The notes under the pieces were generated by a model that was not told the DNA's origin, did not search any database, and worked only from the letters and a program-made list of their open reading frames with translations. The translations under genes and the position numbers were made by a program. DNA of 64,000 nucleotides from Blepharisma stoltei ATCC 30299 (taxonomy: Eukaryota; Protista; Ciliophora), in contig CBFDEM010000002.1 of assembly GCA_965603825.1 (NCBI GenBank), positions 62,001-126,000 on the forward strand, in the 5' to 3' direction. Positions 1 to 11,513 of this stretch are shown in pieces (position 1 is the stretch's first letter; the number at the start of each line of letters is the position of its first letter).

Positions 1-62
1 ATTAACCCGCTATAACTAAATGTTTTAATTTTCTTAATTCACCCTTCCAATAATTTTTAAAT

Positions 63-596
63 ATGAGACGTGGTCAAAACCAAGAAATTTCTTCTCGTTC
101 AGGAGCACCTAGAAGCAAGTCACCAGGCGGTAGGCGAGGAGCTGAACGCCGAGGTCTTACAGAAGATGAGATCGAAGAGATAAAGGAAGCCTTCAATTTA
201 TTCGATACTGATGGATCAGGGACAATTGATCCCAAAGAGCTTAGGGCCGCAATGCAATCTCTTGGGTTTGAGACCAAAAATCCAACCATTTATTCAATGA
301 TTGCTGATTTGGACAAGCTAGGCACTGCAATTGACTTTGATATGTTTCTAGATGCAATTACAGACAAGTTAGGGGATAAAGAAACCAGAGGAGGGATTTA
401 TAAGATTTTTGACTTGTTTGACGATGACAAGACTGGATCAATCAACCTAAATAATCTGAGAAGAGTGGCTAAAGAGCTTGGAGAGACAATGACAGTCGAC
501 GAACTTAATGAAATGCTTGAAAGAGCAGCTTCTAATGGACATGAAATCACTAGAGAGGATTTCTATACAATCATGACCAAGAGAGCTTTCCCATAG
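63..596 (+). CDS. Centrin (EF-hand Ca2+-binding protein)
   Basis: [37 protein letters not shown] and [26 protein letters not shown] are centrin-type EF-hands; ends TAG. Confidence 0.93.
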   Translation: MRRGQNQEISSRSGAPRSKSPGGRRGAERRGLTEDEIEEIKEAFNLFDTDGSGTIDPKELRAAMQSLGFETKNPTIYSMIADLDKLGTAIDFDMFLDAITDKLGDKETRGGIYKIFDLFDDDKTGSINLNNLRRVAKELGETMTVDELNEMLERAASNGHEITREDFYTIMTKRAFP

Positions 597-764
597 TTTA
601 ATTTAACTTAAGTATGGAAAAAAGTTTATAAAAATTCCAAGAAATTTGCATTAAGATAATAAAAGATAAATAAAGATCATTTGGAAGGATATGATTGAGA
701 TTTTTATCAGAAAATACCTGCTAGTATTGTATAAATATGAGTTTTGAGGTAAAGTCTTAATCAA

Positions 765-836
765 GGGTGATTAGCTCACTGGTAGAGCAATTGACTGCAG
801 ATCAATAGGTAATTGGTTCGATTCCGATATCGCCCT
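765..836 (+). tRNA. tRNA-Cys (GCA), copy 1
   Basis: Cloverleaf: acceptor GGGTGAT/ATCGCCC, D-stem GCTC/GAGC, anticodon arm ATTGA-CT-GCA-GA-TCAAT, T-loop TTCGATT, U discriminator, T-run just downstream. Confidence 0.95.
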
Positions 837-957
837 CTTTTTTGTGTGTTTTCTTCAATAATGCATCGCTGAAGTGATAATTTACTGTTAACATTTTTTC
901 CAGATTTCATCAGATTAATAGGTATAAATTCCTGTTTCGAATTTATTACCTAATCAA

Positions 958-1029
958 GGGTGATTAGCTCACTGGTAGAGCAATTGACTGCAGATCAATA
1001 GGTAATTGGTTCGATTCCGATATCGCCCT
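958..1029 (+). tRNA. tRNA-Cys (GCA), copy 2
   Basis: Identical 72-nt sequence to 765-836, followed by a T-run. Confidence 0.95.
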
Positions 1030-1695
1030 CTTTTTATGATTTTTCTGCAAATTGGTGAATTTATTATGAGCTTTATGCCAAAAATGCTACATCAGGATTT
1101 AATTAACTTTGAAAGCTCTTGATTATTTTTAAATTTTAAGTTTTAGATGCTCGCCTTTAGGGCTTATTTTTAGTTATTTTCATGAAATTTTTAAATTTGT
1201 ATTATTAAGCTTATAATATCTTATTTTTACCTAAAGATTGTTATCTAGTTATTTTTAATTTGCTTTTTTCATTCTATAAAGCAGTTCAATTATTTGCCTT
1301 CTTTAATTTTTTTCCCTGTGTGCAACTGCTATCATAACCATATTTAGCAGGCACGTTTTGAGAGGTTTCGTTAAATTTTTGTGTTTGCTGTTTCTTATGA
1401 ATCTTCATATATACTTTTCTTAGCATTATTAAGAAAATTTATTTAGCTTGATTTTTATTATATCATATTTTCAAAATTGTCAAATATTTTCTCTTCATTT
1501 ATTCTAATCCAGCATTATAGGTATAAAGCATCCTTAGTTTCTATTTACTTTACTATCAAACTGCTGATTAACCAATAAAATGAATATACAATAGAAATAG
1601 CTAATGATTCCAAAACTAATTCATTTGTCTAATTTATAATTAATTAAAAATATTTCAGACTAAACAAATCAAAAAAAATTATCAAAAATTTAATT

Positions 1696-2196
1696 TTAAA
1701 CATAATTTTGTTTGATTTCTTTATAAAGCAAAATCGAAGGCAATCTATCATGCCAAATTTTGTTTTCAACAAGCATTTTAATCATTTCTCCTCTTGCTGA
1801 GTTAAAATAATGCTCTCTCACAAACTCTAAGACAGATTTCCTAATCACAGATTTCTTATTCATGTAAAATTTAGGATGATACAGCAAGCATTTTATCGCA
1901 TTCAGGCTCGGATTTTTGCATGCATTAAGTTCAGCAAAAGCCCAATATAAAGGTATTGAGTCTCCATTATTTTTTATATTCGGATTAGCATTGAATTCCT
2001 CAATAAGAAATTTTGTAATATTTGTCCCATTTCTTGTATCAATCTTCGCTGCAATATGTAGAGGAGTCCCAAAATCTGAGTCATCAAGAATCTGTGTAAG
2101 AATTTCTTTATTTCCGGTCAATAGCCTTCTAATATTTTCATAATTCGGCTGATTGCTTTTTAGCTCAGTCAGCAGATCTTGATCTCTATTATTCAT
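1696..2196 (-). CDS. Ankyrin-repeat protein
   Basis: FGTPLHIAA...ITKFLIEEFNANPNIKNNGDSIPLYWA ankyrin consensus. Confidence 0.8.
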   Translation of the reverse strand: MNNRDQDLLTELKSNQPNYENIRRLLTGNKEILTQILDDSDFGTPLHIAAKIDTRNGTNITKFLIEEFNANPNIKNNGDSIPLYWAFAELNACKNPSLNAIKCLLYHPKFYMNKKSVIRKSVLEFVREHYFNSARGEMIKMLVENKIWHDRLPSILLYKEIKQNYV

Positions 2197-2212
2197 TTTA
2201 TTATTACTTTCA

Positions 2213-3803
2213 TTAATTATTATTCTGGGTTATGTTTGGCTCATTATCCGATTCTTCGTATACAGCTCTTGTGGTTGATAATACTTTTAGCACTTTACTA
2301 GGCTCGATTTCTATCTGTAGAACTTGGTTTATTTCGTTTCTGCACATATGGCAGATTCCTTGATTTTTCCAGAGCTTTAATGAACATTCATAGCACAGGC
2401 CACCATGGCCGCAGTCCATAAGGACTGCATTACATAAATTTTCACAGCACATGACGCAGGTTTTATTAGCAAAAGACATATCACTTGAGTGCCTAGGTAT
2501 TAAGCCACTGTTTTCTTTACCCAACGTAATTTTTTTTATATCTTTTACATTTGTACTTGCTGCTCGTTTGTGTCGGTTATTTTCTAAGTTTTGGAAACAA
2601 ATATCAGAGTTTATGTTGTCAAATTTTGCACTGCGAGTTCTCACATGCTTTAACTTACTTAGCTCGATAGGGTGTTCAGCTGGCTGGAAATATGTGCTTG
2701 TTTTTCTAATTAAAACTCTAGGAGTTGTCTGCATTACATTAATAATTCTGTGTGACAAGCTTTGGTTTCTTGCCATCCGAGCTTGGGATTCTGGCAGAGG
2801 TAGAGGTCTGCCATCTAAATTAGATGGGACTGCCCCAATGACCTCTATATTACTAGTAAAAAACGCTTTTCACCATATAGAAAGGATGTTTCTGCATAGA
2901 GAGGTAGATATGATGAAAACTAATAGGAAAAATAAAGGGAATAAGCTGATTTCGCTTATGCTCATAACTGGATCGTCATTTAGAATACTAATTAAGCACA
3001 TAAAAAACATAGAAGTACTGCTAGTTGACCCTGCAGTCGTAAATAACAGTCATAGTGATGCTAATACTTCTTCTATTTTGGTTTCCCGGGACAGATAAGA
3101 TAAAACAGCACCTAATAACAGCAAAAGGACTCCTAAACTTATTAGCCCCATAAAGCACAATGAGATTCAGATAGGCCACAATGTCTCGATTCAGCCCCAG
3201 TTTAAGTATCCGTCTAGCTTAAGACCAATTGTTAAGAGTGAAAAAAACCTGAACCATCTTCCGACGAAAAAAAACTGTATAGATTATACCATTTTCGAGA
3301 ATGATTGACATTCATGGACAGTCAAAGATTTAAAAAATATCTGTAAGACTAAAGAGACTCCTAATGGAATTGTTGTCGCAAAAAATGGAATTTCCTTCGT
3401 CTGATTTCAGATTATCAGTAAAATTTTAAAACATATAGAACTAAATGCTTCTAAAATATCTTTTAAATAATCTTTTCGAATTGGTATTCTAAGTAAACTT
3501 ATACAATTCAGTTCTTTTGAATAAAGTAATCTTAAATGATAGTGTTTTTATATCAAGGATCATCAAAGGAATCAGAGCTAATTCTATTGGCAATTTTAAA
3601 TTCTCATAAGTCGCAAGTATAATAAAAGAGAACATAAGTGCAATCGCAAGTTCAATTCATCGTTTTAATTCTTGCTTTATACATAAAAGTTGCTCTTCTG
3701 TATCTTCTTCTGCATATTCTGTTTGAAGCCTTTCTCCATTATCAATTCTTTCTGAAGTGTTAAATTCGTCCACCTCCGGGATTCTGGGAAAACTATTCAT
3801 CAT
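2213..3803 (-). CDS. Multi-pass membrane (TMEM185/FAM11-like) protein with C-terminal C3HC4 RING; putative membrane E3 ligase
   Basis: Continuous frame from ATG 3803 with TGA=Trp and introns 3489-3504 and 3275-3289; LKLDGYLNWGWIETLWPIWI segment; RING CVMC...CGHGGLCYEC...CHMC. Confidence 0.8.
3275..3289 (-). other. 15-nt spliceosomal intron
   Basis: GTATAATCTATACAG; removes an in-frame TAA; A at -6. Confidence 0.85.
3489..3504 (-). other. 16-nt spliceosomal intron
   Basis: GTATAAGTTTACTTAG; removal restores frame. Confidence 0.8.
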
Positions 3804-3825
3804 ATTTATTTGATTTAATTTTTAT

Positions 3826-6606
3826 TTAAAACTCAAAATCCCAGTTGCTAGGGATGGTTTTTTTATACTCGTTTATTTCTGGGTCATCTATTTGATACAT
3901 TTCTTGCTCACTTTCATCAGACGCATTATCTAAAAAGTCTTCAATATTTTCATTTTTATTATCTGCAAATTCATCGACTTCTTCTTCAATATCCCCTATA
4001 TCAGGGTTATAAGGGGCCACCATGGTTTCACTTATTAGCGCGTCTCAGTCAAAGCCAGAAAACCATTCATTCTTTTTCAAACTTTCAATTGTGCCTGAAC
4101 ATCGGGTTTCCGGGAATTTTCCAAGGAGTTGCATGATAAATAATCTTGCAGTGTCAGTGAGTTGGATAATTTCATTAGGAAATGATAAGTTAAACTCTAG
4201 AATAGACTCATAAATATCATATGGGTCAATGAAATCTTCCCCAAAAGGAACTTTCCCAGTTAAGAACTCATAAATGCAGATGCCTAGGCTTCATAGGTCA
4301 GCATTTTTGTTGTAGCCTTTACCTACGATTACTTCAGGAGCTACATAGTGAGGGGATCCTATTAAAGTGTAAGTTCTCCCTGCACATACCTTTGAGGACC
4401 CAAAATCTACCAGTTTAACATACCCATGAGTATCCACCATAATATTATCTGGGTTTAAATCTCTATAAATAATATCCCTCTCATGAATATACTGCAAAGC
4501 CAAAATCAAAGACGCTGCATAAAACAAAGAGTCATTATTCGAAATTATTCCTACATGTCTCAATATTTGGCTTAACTCAAACCCATGGACATATTCAAGC
4601 AAAAAATAAAGCCTTCGGTCATCTTTATAAGTCCTGACCAGATTTATGATCATTGAAAAATCCATCATATTTAGGATTTTTTTCTCTTCCTAAATAGAAG
4701 TTACGAGCACATGCATATAGAGAGCATACATATCAATTTTCCGCCTTGGGATGACTTTTAAAGCGTAGTGAATATCTTTTCTTGAGGTCCCTACAAGGTA
4801 AACTCTGGAAAATAGACCTTTTCCGATTTGTTTGAGGATTATCAAGTCTTTGAGTTCTGCCCTTTCGTCCTGCATTTTTACTCTTTTGATGAGCTGTTTC
4901 CTCATTTTGTCATTTAAAATATTAATAAAATCATGTTTTTCAATTAATCATAAAGATACTTTTCCTTCAGCGACGCAAGAAGCGCTTGATACTCTATCAA
5001 ACAGCAGCGCCCTTTCCCCAAAATAGTCATGCTTTACCATAGTTCTGACAATTTTCCCATTTTTTATAATATTTACTTTTCCACGTTTGACTATATACAG
5101 ATACTCCCCAGGATGCCCTTCATCCAGAATAATATCATTATCTTCATATTTTTCGATTTTTATAATAGAAAATAGATCTTTTATCACTTTGCTGTCAAGA
5201 TGAATAAATAAATAAACTTTTCTTAAAACGTTCATAGCAGCATTTTCTCTGACAACTTCTTTGTATTTCCCTCCTATGCTAATTTCAAATTGATATTTGG
5301 TGAGCTCGCCAATTTTCATATCACATCCAGCAACTATATCATCTTCATAGCGAGACTGGTCTTCATAAGATAAAGTAACATACTCGTCCCCTACACAGCT
5401 TCCTTTCTCAGCAAAAACTTTATTTGACCTTGAAAAATGCAATCTTCCACTTATTATAATATATAAGGCACTTTGGCATTGGCTTTGATTTTGAATTACC
5501 ACGTCTCCTATTTTATAATTGACATGGACTAGATCTCTTAAAATATTTTCCTTTTGGTCTTTGCTGAGCAGGGCTAGTTTATTTGATTTATTAATTGCGT
5601 CCAGAATTGTGATTTTTTCTATAATAAGCATAAGCTGATTTCCTAAGGCTTTTTGCAAATCTTCTCTGCTTAAAGCGACACATTTCACTACCCCATCCAT
5701 CGCAACACAGCTTGCCTGTCGTGGCACGTTATACAGCAGAGTCATTTCTCCAAAAAATTGGCCTGAGTAAAGTCTGGCGATTTCTTTATTGTTTTTTTGT
5801 ACACTTACACAGCCCTCCTTGATGATATATAAATGCATCCCTTCATCACCTTCGGTGATGATCTTTTCTCCGGCTACATATTTACAGCTCACAAGAGACG
5901 CTGCTAATGAGTCTTTTTGTTGAGAACTCAGAGGCTGCAGCATGTTGACTTTTTCTAAAAATTCTCTGTTTTGTTCATAAATTTGTGTGTTTAACTCTTC
6001 AATAACTTTTCGAAAAGTATTCCTTTCTATTCCCCACATAGTAGCTTTTTCAAGCGTTTTTACTGTTGCTGACCGTGGGCTTTCATGCAAAAGAGCAAGC
6101 TCTCCAAAGCCTTCTCCGGGATGGATCTTGCTTATTCTTTTGCCATTTGCGATTACTTCTAGTTGGCCTGTCCTTACAACATAGTATCCTTTTCCAATCT
6201 TGTCCTGCTCAAAAACCACAGTATTTATTTCAAACACATAGAGCTGCATCGTTTCCACAACAATTTCTTTATCTTCATCAGTCAGACTCGTGAAAATGAA
6301 ATGATTATTCAGGGCATTTAGAATCATTGACTTATCTTCTAGTGTTTTTGCAGCATAAACGTCAATAAACGCTGATGAAGCTTCTACATAATTTACTGAA
6401 ACCGCTCGGCTGTTGAGTCTTTTTCACAGTGTCGGGGTACTTTTTAAAGGGTTATTCATAAATTGCTGAGTCTTTTGTGTGTTGACAGTTTTTTGAAAAG
6501 CTGGTTGTGAAGGATTGGCGGCAGTTTGGATGATGGTAGATTGCTCAGGCTTGGAATCAGGCTTCCTTACATAATATTGTTGCATTTTGGAGCATGTTAT
6601 CCCCAT
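3826..6606 (-). CDS. PKG: cGMP-dependent protein kinase (alveolate-type, multiple cNMP-binding domains), divergent
   Basis: Five track ORFs join in frame via TGA=Trp and intron 4690-4704; MGITCS N-terminus; FGELALL..PRSATV, FGEMTLL..PRQAS and FGERALL cNMP motifs; DFG, APE, DL(W)SLG. Confidence 0.88.
4690..4704 (-). other. 15-nt spliceosomal intron
   Basis: GTAACTTCTATTTAG; its TAG interrupts the kinase alphaC region (HVL|EEKKIL). Confidence 0.9.
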
Positions 6607-6877
6607 TTTTAGAAAAAGAGTTTTGCGTAAAAAATCAATCAAAAAAATGAATTTTGCAAATTTTTTAAAAGTTTGTATATATTAAAATAAGGAAATATTT
6701 TATTTAAGCTGTTTTGAGCAGCAATTAATAGACATTTTATACTCCAAATATCTATAACTTTATGTTAATAATATCCGCTTTCATATTATCGCATTTTATA
6801 TTAATCTAATCCTTTTTGTTTTCTTGATTCCACTTCTTAATAAATTCTTTAAACTCATCTATTGTCATTGGCTTTTG

Positions 6878-7410
6878 CTATATAGGCCACGAAGAAAACC
6901 CTTTCTTCTTTATCTCTTTTTTTCGCTCCCTTTCTATTAATTCAACTAGAGCTTTTACAAAATCGCAATTATATCTCTCTTTGAACTCCTCGAAAGTTAT
7001 TGGTGGGTCTGCTTCCCTATTTGTAGTCAGTCATTTATACTCTCTCAAATATATATCATACTTTTCTTTATCATTCATCTTATTAACGCCATATTTGCTA
7101 ACTAGCTCATTGGATAACTCAAAAGTATGCAAACCATAAGGTACCGTCAAAATGCGGTAGCCTAAGAAAGCCATAGCTATTCTTGAAAGCAGGGATGAGT
7201 AAGATCAACAGGAATTGGAATAAAATATCCAGCTCACAATGAGATGGGTAGACTTGCAAATCTAAGCATCTTATAATTTTTTAGAATTTTTTGCATTTTG
7301 TTGCTGTCTTCTTTACTTAAAACGCCATAATCGGCACTTGAAATGAATGCGAAAACTGTTTCTAACTGCCTTGAAGGAATGCCCAATATGACAGCCTTAA
7401 TTGTGTTCAT
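6878..7410 (-). pseudogene. Possible small protein gene with one frameshift (pseudogene or assembly indel)
   Basis: ATG 7410 frame is open about 77 codons with TGA=Trp; a second frame runs open from about 7260 to TAG 6878; a single 15/16-nt intron cannot join them. Confidence 0.35.
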
Positions 7411-7462
7411 AAAAGTTTATTATTGGCTTAAAATGGTGATGCGGATTATTAAAGAAATAAAA

Positions 7463-8353
7463 TTAATCTCTATCTCTGTTAGGTCTTCTGCCTCTGAATC
7501 TTCCCCTACGCTCATAAGGTCTGCCATAGTATTTTGGCTGCTCTTGAGGGGCTTGGGAAGGTTTTGACAAGACTTCAGTGGCTTCTCCGCTGTCGCCCCA
7601 TGCTTTTGTTCTATAAGTCCTTTCTTTGACTTGTCTAGGCTCTTCTTTTTTAGTTTCTGCAGGCGCTACTTGAGTTTTAACCTCAGTTTCGCCGGCTTCT
7701 CCCCAGACATCGTCATTAGCTTCAGTTTTTTTGGTTTCTTGGACTGGCTCTTGTTGTGGCTCTTGATTTCTAAAGTGGGCTCTTTCTCTGTTTCTGTCTC
7801 CATAAGGTCTTCTTGCCCCTCTGTGGCCTCTTGGTCTGTGCTGGACTTCTCCTTCTTTGTTTTCTTCTCTCCAGCCTCCTTCCCTTGGCTTTCTGTCATA
7901 TCCTCTATGTTCCCTGTTTCCTCTGTTTCCTCTTCCTTCTGACGGTCCTTTAGTTTCGACCAAAATTCCGATTTTTCTGCCTTTCAGCTCATTTTCGTTT
8001 TTTGCGATAATTTTGGTTGCAACCTCTATATCCCACGCATTGACATAGGCGACTCCTTTAAATCTGCCTTCAAAATTGATCATTTTAATGCTGGCTTTTT
8101 TTTCTGACAACTCTTCGTCCGTGATTGCGAAAAAGCTTTGGATGTCTGCAGCCTGGTCGCAGGCGTAAGGGATATTGATGAGCTTAAAATAGTATGGAGG
8201 CTGTTTGCTTTGGATGTACTCGTTAAGGTCTTGGCGTGGCCTGGGCTCTCTTGGAGGGTATGACTTTTTTGCTTCTGCAGCTGCTGGAGCTTCATGGTCT
8301 GAGTGGTCTGAATCACTGTTGTGGTCAGCCCAGTTCTTTGTCTTAGCCTCCAT
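7463..8353 (-). CDS. RRM RNA-binding protein, eIF4B/eIF4H-like
   Basis: N-terminal NWAD, PPYYFKLINIPY (RNP2-like), FKGVAYV (RNP1-like), R/G/E-rich tail. Confidence 0.65.
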   Translation of the reverse strand: MEAKTKNWADHNSDSDHSDHEAPAAAEAKKSYPPREPRPRQDLNEYIQSKQPPYYFKLINIPYACDQAADIQSFFAITDEELSEKKASIKMINFEGRFKGVAYVNAWDIEVATKIIAKNENELKGRKIGILVETKGPSEGRGNRGNREHRGYDRKPREGGWREENKEGEVQHRPRGHRGARRPYGDRNRERAHFRNQEPQQEPVQETKKTEANDDVWGEAGETEVKTQVAPAETKKEEPRQVKERTYRTKAWGDSGEATEVLSKPSQAPQEQPKYYGRPYERRGRFRGRRPNRDRD

Positions 8354-8654
8354 TTTATCAGCGAAAAAGGACCAGCAAATTTGCTTTTAATAATTTTTTG
8401 AAATTAAGGAGACAAGATTTTTAGGAAAAATAAATCCATGTTTAATATCATAAAAGATTTATTATAAATTTATAAATAATTAATTATTTTATTTTAACTG
8501 CCCAAATAACTTGTTCATTGTCTTTATAGACACCTATTTTCTTATCAATTATAAACAAATCCGCAACTTATTTTACGCCAAATCCTAATTCCTTAATTTC
8601 TTAATCTCATTATGGCTTGTATTTTTTCAAACTTTTTATTAAAGTTTTAAAAGA

Positions 8655-10709
8655 ATGAAAAATGAAGAAGTCGACATATCAGGAAGAGAAATCAACGGCT
8701 TCCGCGTCATCAAACCAATCGGCCAAGGCAAATTTTCTATCGTCTACAAAGCCGAACGAATCAGCGACGACACTCCTGTAGCTCTCAAAATGATCAAGGC
8801 AAATTTTATTTAGATTTTTGACATGATGGACCCAGCTCAGCGTGACAAATGTCTTAAAGAAGTCAGGCTGCTCGAATCCTTAAACCATCCAAATATCATC
8901 AAATACCTTGATTCTTTTATTGCAGATAATGAGCTTTTAATTGCAATTGAATGAGCTGAAAAAGGGGATTTAAAAAGAGTTATCAAGCGGGCGCAAAGTG
9001 AGGAATCGTCTATTGAGGAAAGCAAAATCTGAGAATATATGTACCAAATAGCCTCAGCGCTGAAGCATATGCATGATAAAAGAATAATGCACAGAGATCT
9101 CAAGCCAGCAAATATTTTCATTTCGGCTGATAATTCATTGAAATTAGGAGATTTAGGATTAGGAAGGTACTTGTCAAGCCAGACTATTGAAGCGTTTTCG
9201 AGGGTAGGGACGCCGCTTTATATGTCTCCAGAGGTGCTGAAAGGGAACGGGTATGACTGGAAATCTGATGTCTGGAGCTTAGGGTGTGTGGTTTATGAGC
9301 TGGCTTGTTTGAGGTCGCCGTTTAAACAAGATGACCAAAAAATGAGCTTATATGATCTTTTTAATACTATTAACAAAGGAGAATTCCCACCTCTCCCAGA
9401 AAGATATAGCGAAGAATTAAGGCAGCTTGTGAACTCAATGATCCAGGTTGACCCGAAAAACAGACTTTCAATAGACCAAATCGTCGAACTCTGCGAAATC
9501 CATACAAAAACTGCCCCAAAAAAATCAAAAATTGACCCATTTTTGGTGATGGACGATATTTATGAAAAATTAAAACTGCTGGATTATGAAAATAATTTTT
9601 GTAAAATTTTTAAAAGGCAGCCTGTATCCAGGGTTTATTTTTGCCACCCAATAGATTCCCAAACCCAATTAGCTTATTGTTATGATCTGGCAAACTGATT
9701 AATGTCATTCAGCAAGCTAAAGCAGCGAAAAGGGCCAATAAGTTCTCCTCTCGGCCCTGTTTTAGATTTTGACTCTTTTGCAGATCCTCGTGAAGTTTCC
9801 AAACAAATTCTTTCAGATGCCAGATCTTTTGGGGCAAAAATCCCAGAAAGCGTTACTTTTCAATCAATTTCTCTAGGATATGGTGAAAGTGTATGCTATT
9901 TAATCAACGAATTATTAAATAAAGAACTTATCCGTCGAGATTTCAAATTTTTGGCTCCCACAATAAACGGCCAAGAAATATACAAGATCGACACAAATTC
10001 AGGCGAAGAAATTTTTGAAGAAATTGATGCAGATTTCAATGAAAATAATATCATGAAATATAATGAGCAAGTCGAAGAAGACGAAGAACCCCCGAGGACT
10101 GAGTCTACAAATATATCAGATAATGTTATAAAGGAAGAGGAAATCGCAATGGGAATTGTGGAGTCTTCAGTTTCGCCTGAAGAATGAATGGCAGAGGTAC
10201 AGAGAATTGAAAAGCAGCTAGTCTATGCAGAAGAAGATATTGGTTTGTATGAAGAAGATTGGCAAAGCCGAATACAACAATTTATAGAGTCTCTTCATAA
10301 TGTCCAGAAATTTGTGACGGAAGGAAACTTGAAGTATTTAGAAAAAATGACTGATGGGCTTACAGAAGAGCTGGAACGAATTAATAAAGGTGAAGTGATA
10401 ATACAAAAATTCTGCCAAAAAGATATAGATGAATTGAAGTTAATTATGCAAAAAAAGAAAGAATTAGCAGGAAAATTAAATTATGTGAGAAATAAAGTTT
10501 CTCAGCAATGTGAAGAATTTGACAAAATAAAAGAACAAGAAAACACCCTCAACAAAACCATAGAAAAACGAGTGTCTGAATTGAATGATACAAATCCTTT
10601 AGAAGGCATAAAAGCTGGCCTATTATCTCTAAAAGAACAAATAAAATCCCTAAATTACGAGACAGCTCTCGCAAGGTTCCAGCTGGACCAGTTTTCTTCA
10701 AAAGGCTAA
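8655..10709 (+). CDS. NEK6/7-like kinase fused to an IFT57-like domain
   Basis: Single 679-aa frame with GC-AG intron 8799-8813 and 4 TGA=Trp; IGQGKFS, IFDMMD, HRDLKPAN, DLG, GTPLYMSPE; then MDDIYEKLKLLDYE..SRVYF, LAN(W)L, EE(W)MAEVQRI and EDWQSRI plus coiled coil. Confidence 0.85.
8799..8813 (+). other. 15-nt non-canonical GC-AG intron
   Basis: GCAAATTTTATTTAG; removes an in-frame TAG and gives ALKMIK|IFDMMD as in NEK6/7; A at -6. Confidence 0.8.
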
Positions 10710-10776
10710 TTGTATAATAAGTATCACCCTAACATAATTTTATACTGTTTTATTCGTCAATTTCGCCCAAATAAAT

Positions 10777-11220
10777 ATGAATCGATACCCTCAAGAACAT
10801 ATTAGTCCTGAGAAAGAGCCTATCAAGCCTCACGTCGCTGAATATTTCGTGGATACGGTTCTACCAACTGATGACGAAGTCAGGTATCTGGGGAATGCTT
10901 GGAATTATTGCGGGTATTTCCATAAAGAGCTTAAAGATTGTGTAGAGGACGGAGTTGTTAAAGGAGATGAATATCTATATAAAAAATGCAAAAATAAGGT
11001 TGAGGAGCTGCATCATTGTTATTCCTGGAGAGAGCCAACTGAGCAAGATTTATCGTCCAATGCATTTGTGAAGGAAACCCAAAAATGCATTTATCCAAGA
11101 GAGTTGTTTTTGAAATGCTATTTCAGACAAGCTGAGTCATGGGAGAATTGTCATCAAGCTTGGACGAACCTTTATTCTTGCCAGTTTAGAAAAAATCCTA
11201 AGCTCTACACTATTTTCTAA
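10777..11220 (+). CDS. Quadruple CX9C protein (mitochondrial intermembrane space type; NDUFA8/Mix14-like architecture)
   Basis: Four CX9C motifs: CGYFHKELKDC, CKNKVEELHHC, CIYPRELFLKC, CHQAWTNLYSC. Confidence 0.7.
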   Translation: MNRYPQEHISPEKEPIKPHVAEYFVDTVLPTDDEVRYLGNAWNYCGYFHKELKDCVEDGVVKGDEYLYKKCKNKVEELHHCYSWREPTEQDLSSNAFVKETQKCIYPRELFLKCYFRQAESWENCHQAWTNLYSCQFRKNPKLYTIF

Positions 11221-11513
11221 ACTAAGATTAGGATAATAGAAAATCTATCTTAAATGCTTGTTAATGATTATAGAAATAACTATTAATAAAGCCAAAATAC
11301 AAATTAAATTATATTTTGGATGAATTTGGGGTAAAATCACTGAATAATGCTTTAAAAAAATTGAGTTAAAGAGATTAACATAAACCAATATAATTTTCAA
11401 TTTATGCACAATTAACGCTGCAGATCAAAAAATTGATGCTTTTAATGTTTTTATCAGGAATATTTGTCATCTTATATTTTTTTATAAAAATTTTATAAAT
11501 TTTGTTGATTAAA

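Noticed and set aside
765-1029. tRNA-Cys pair as the UGA decoders
   Set aside because: Ordinary GCA anticodon and 5-bp anticodon stem; UGA maps to Trp here, not Cys
2451-3098. 215-aa plus-strand ORF and the many other short antisense ORFs in the track
   Set aside because: Shadows of well-supported genes on the opposite strand or in another frame; no motifs
10727-10734. CCCTAACA, a heterotrich telomere-type unit
   Set aside because: Single 8-mer, expected by chance; no array or telomerase RNA context
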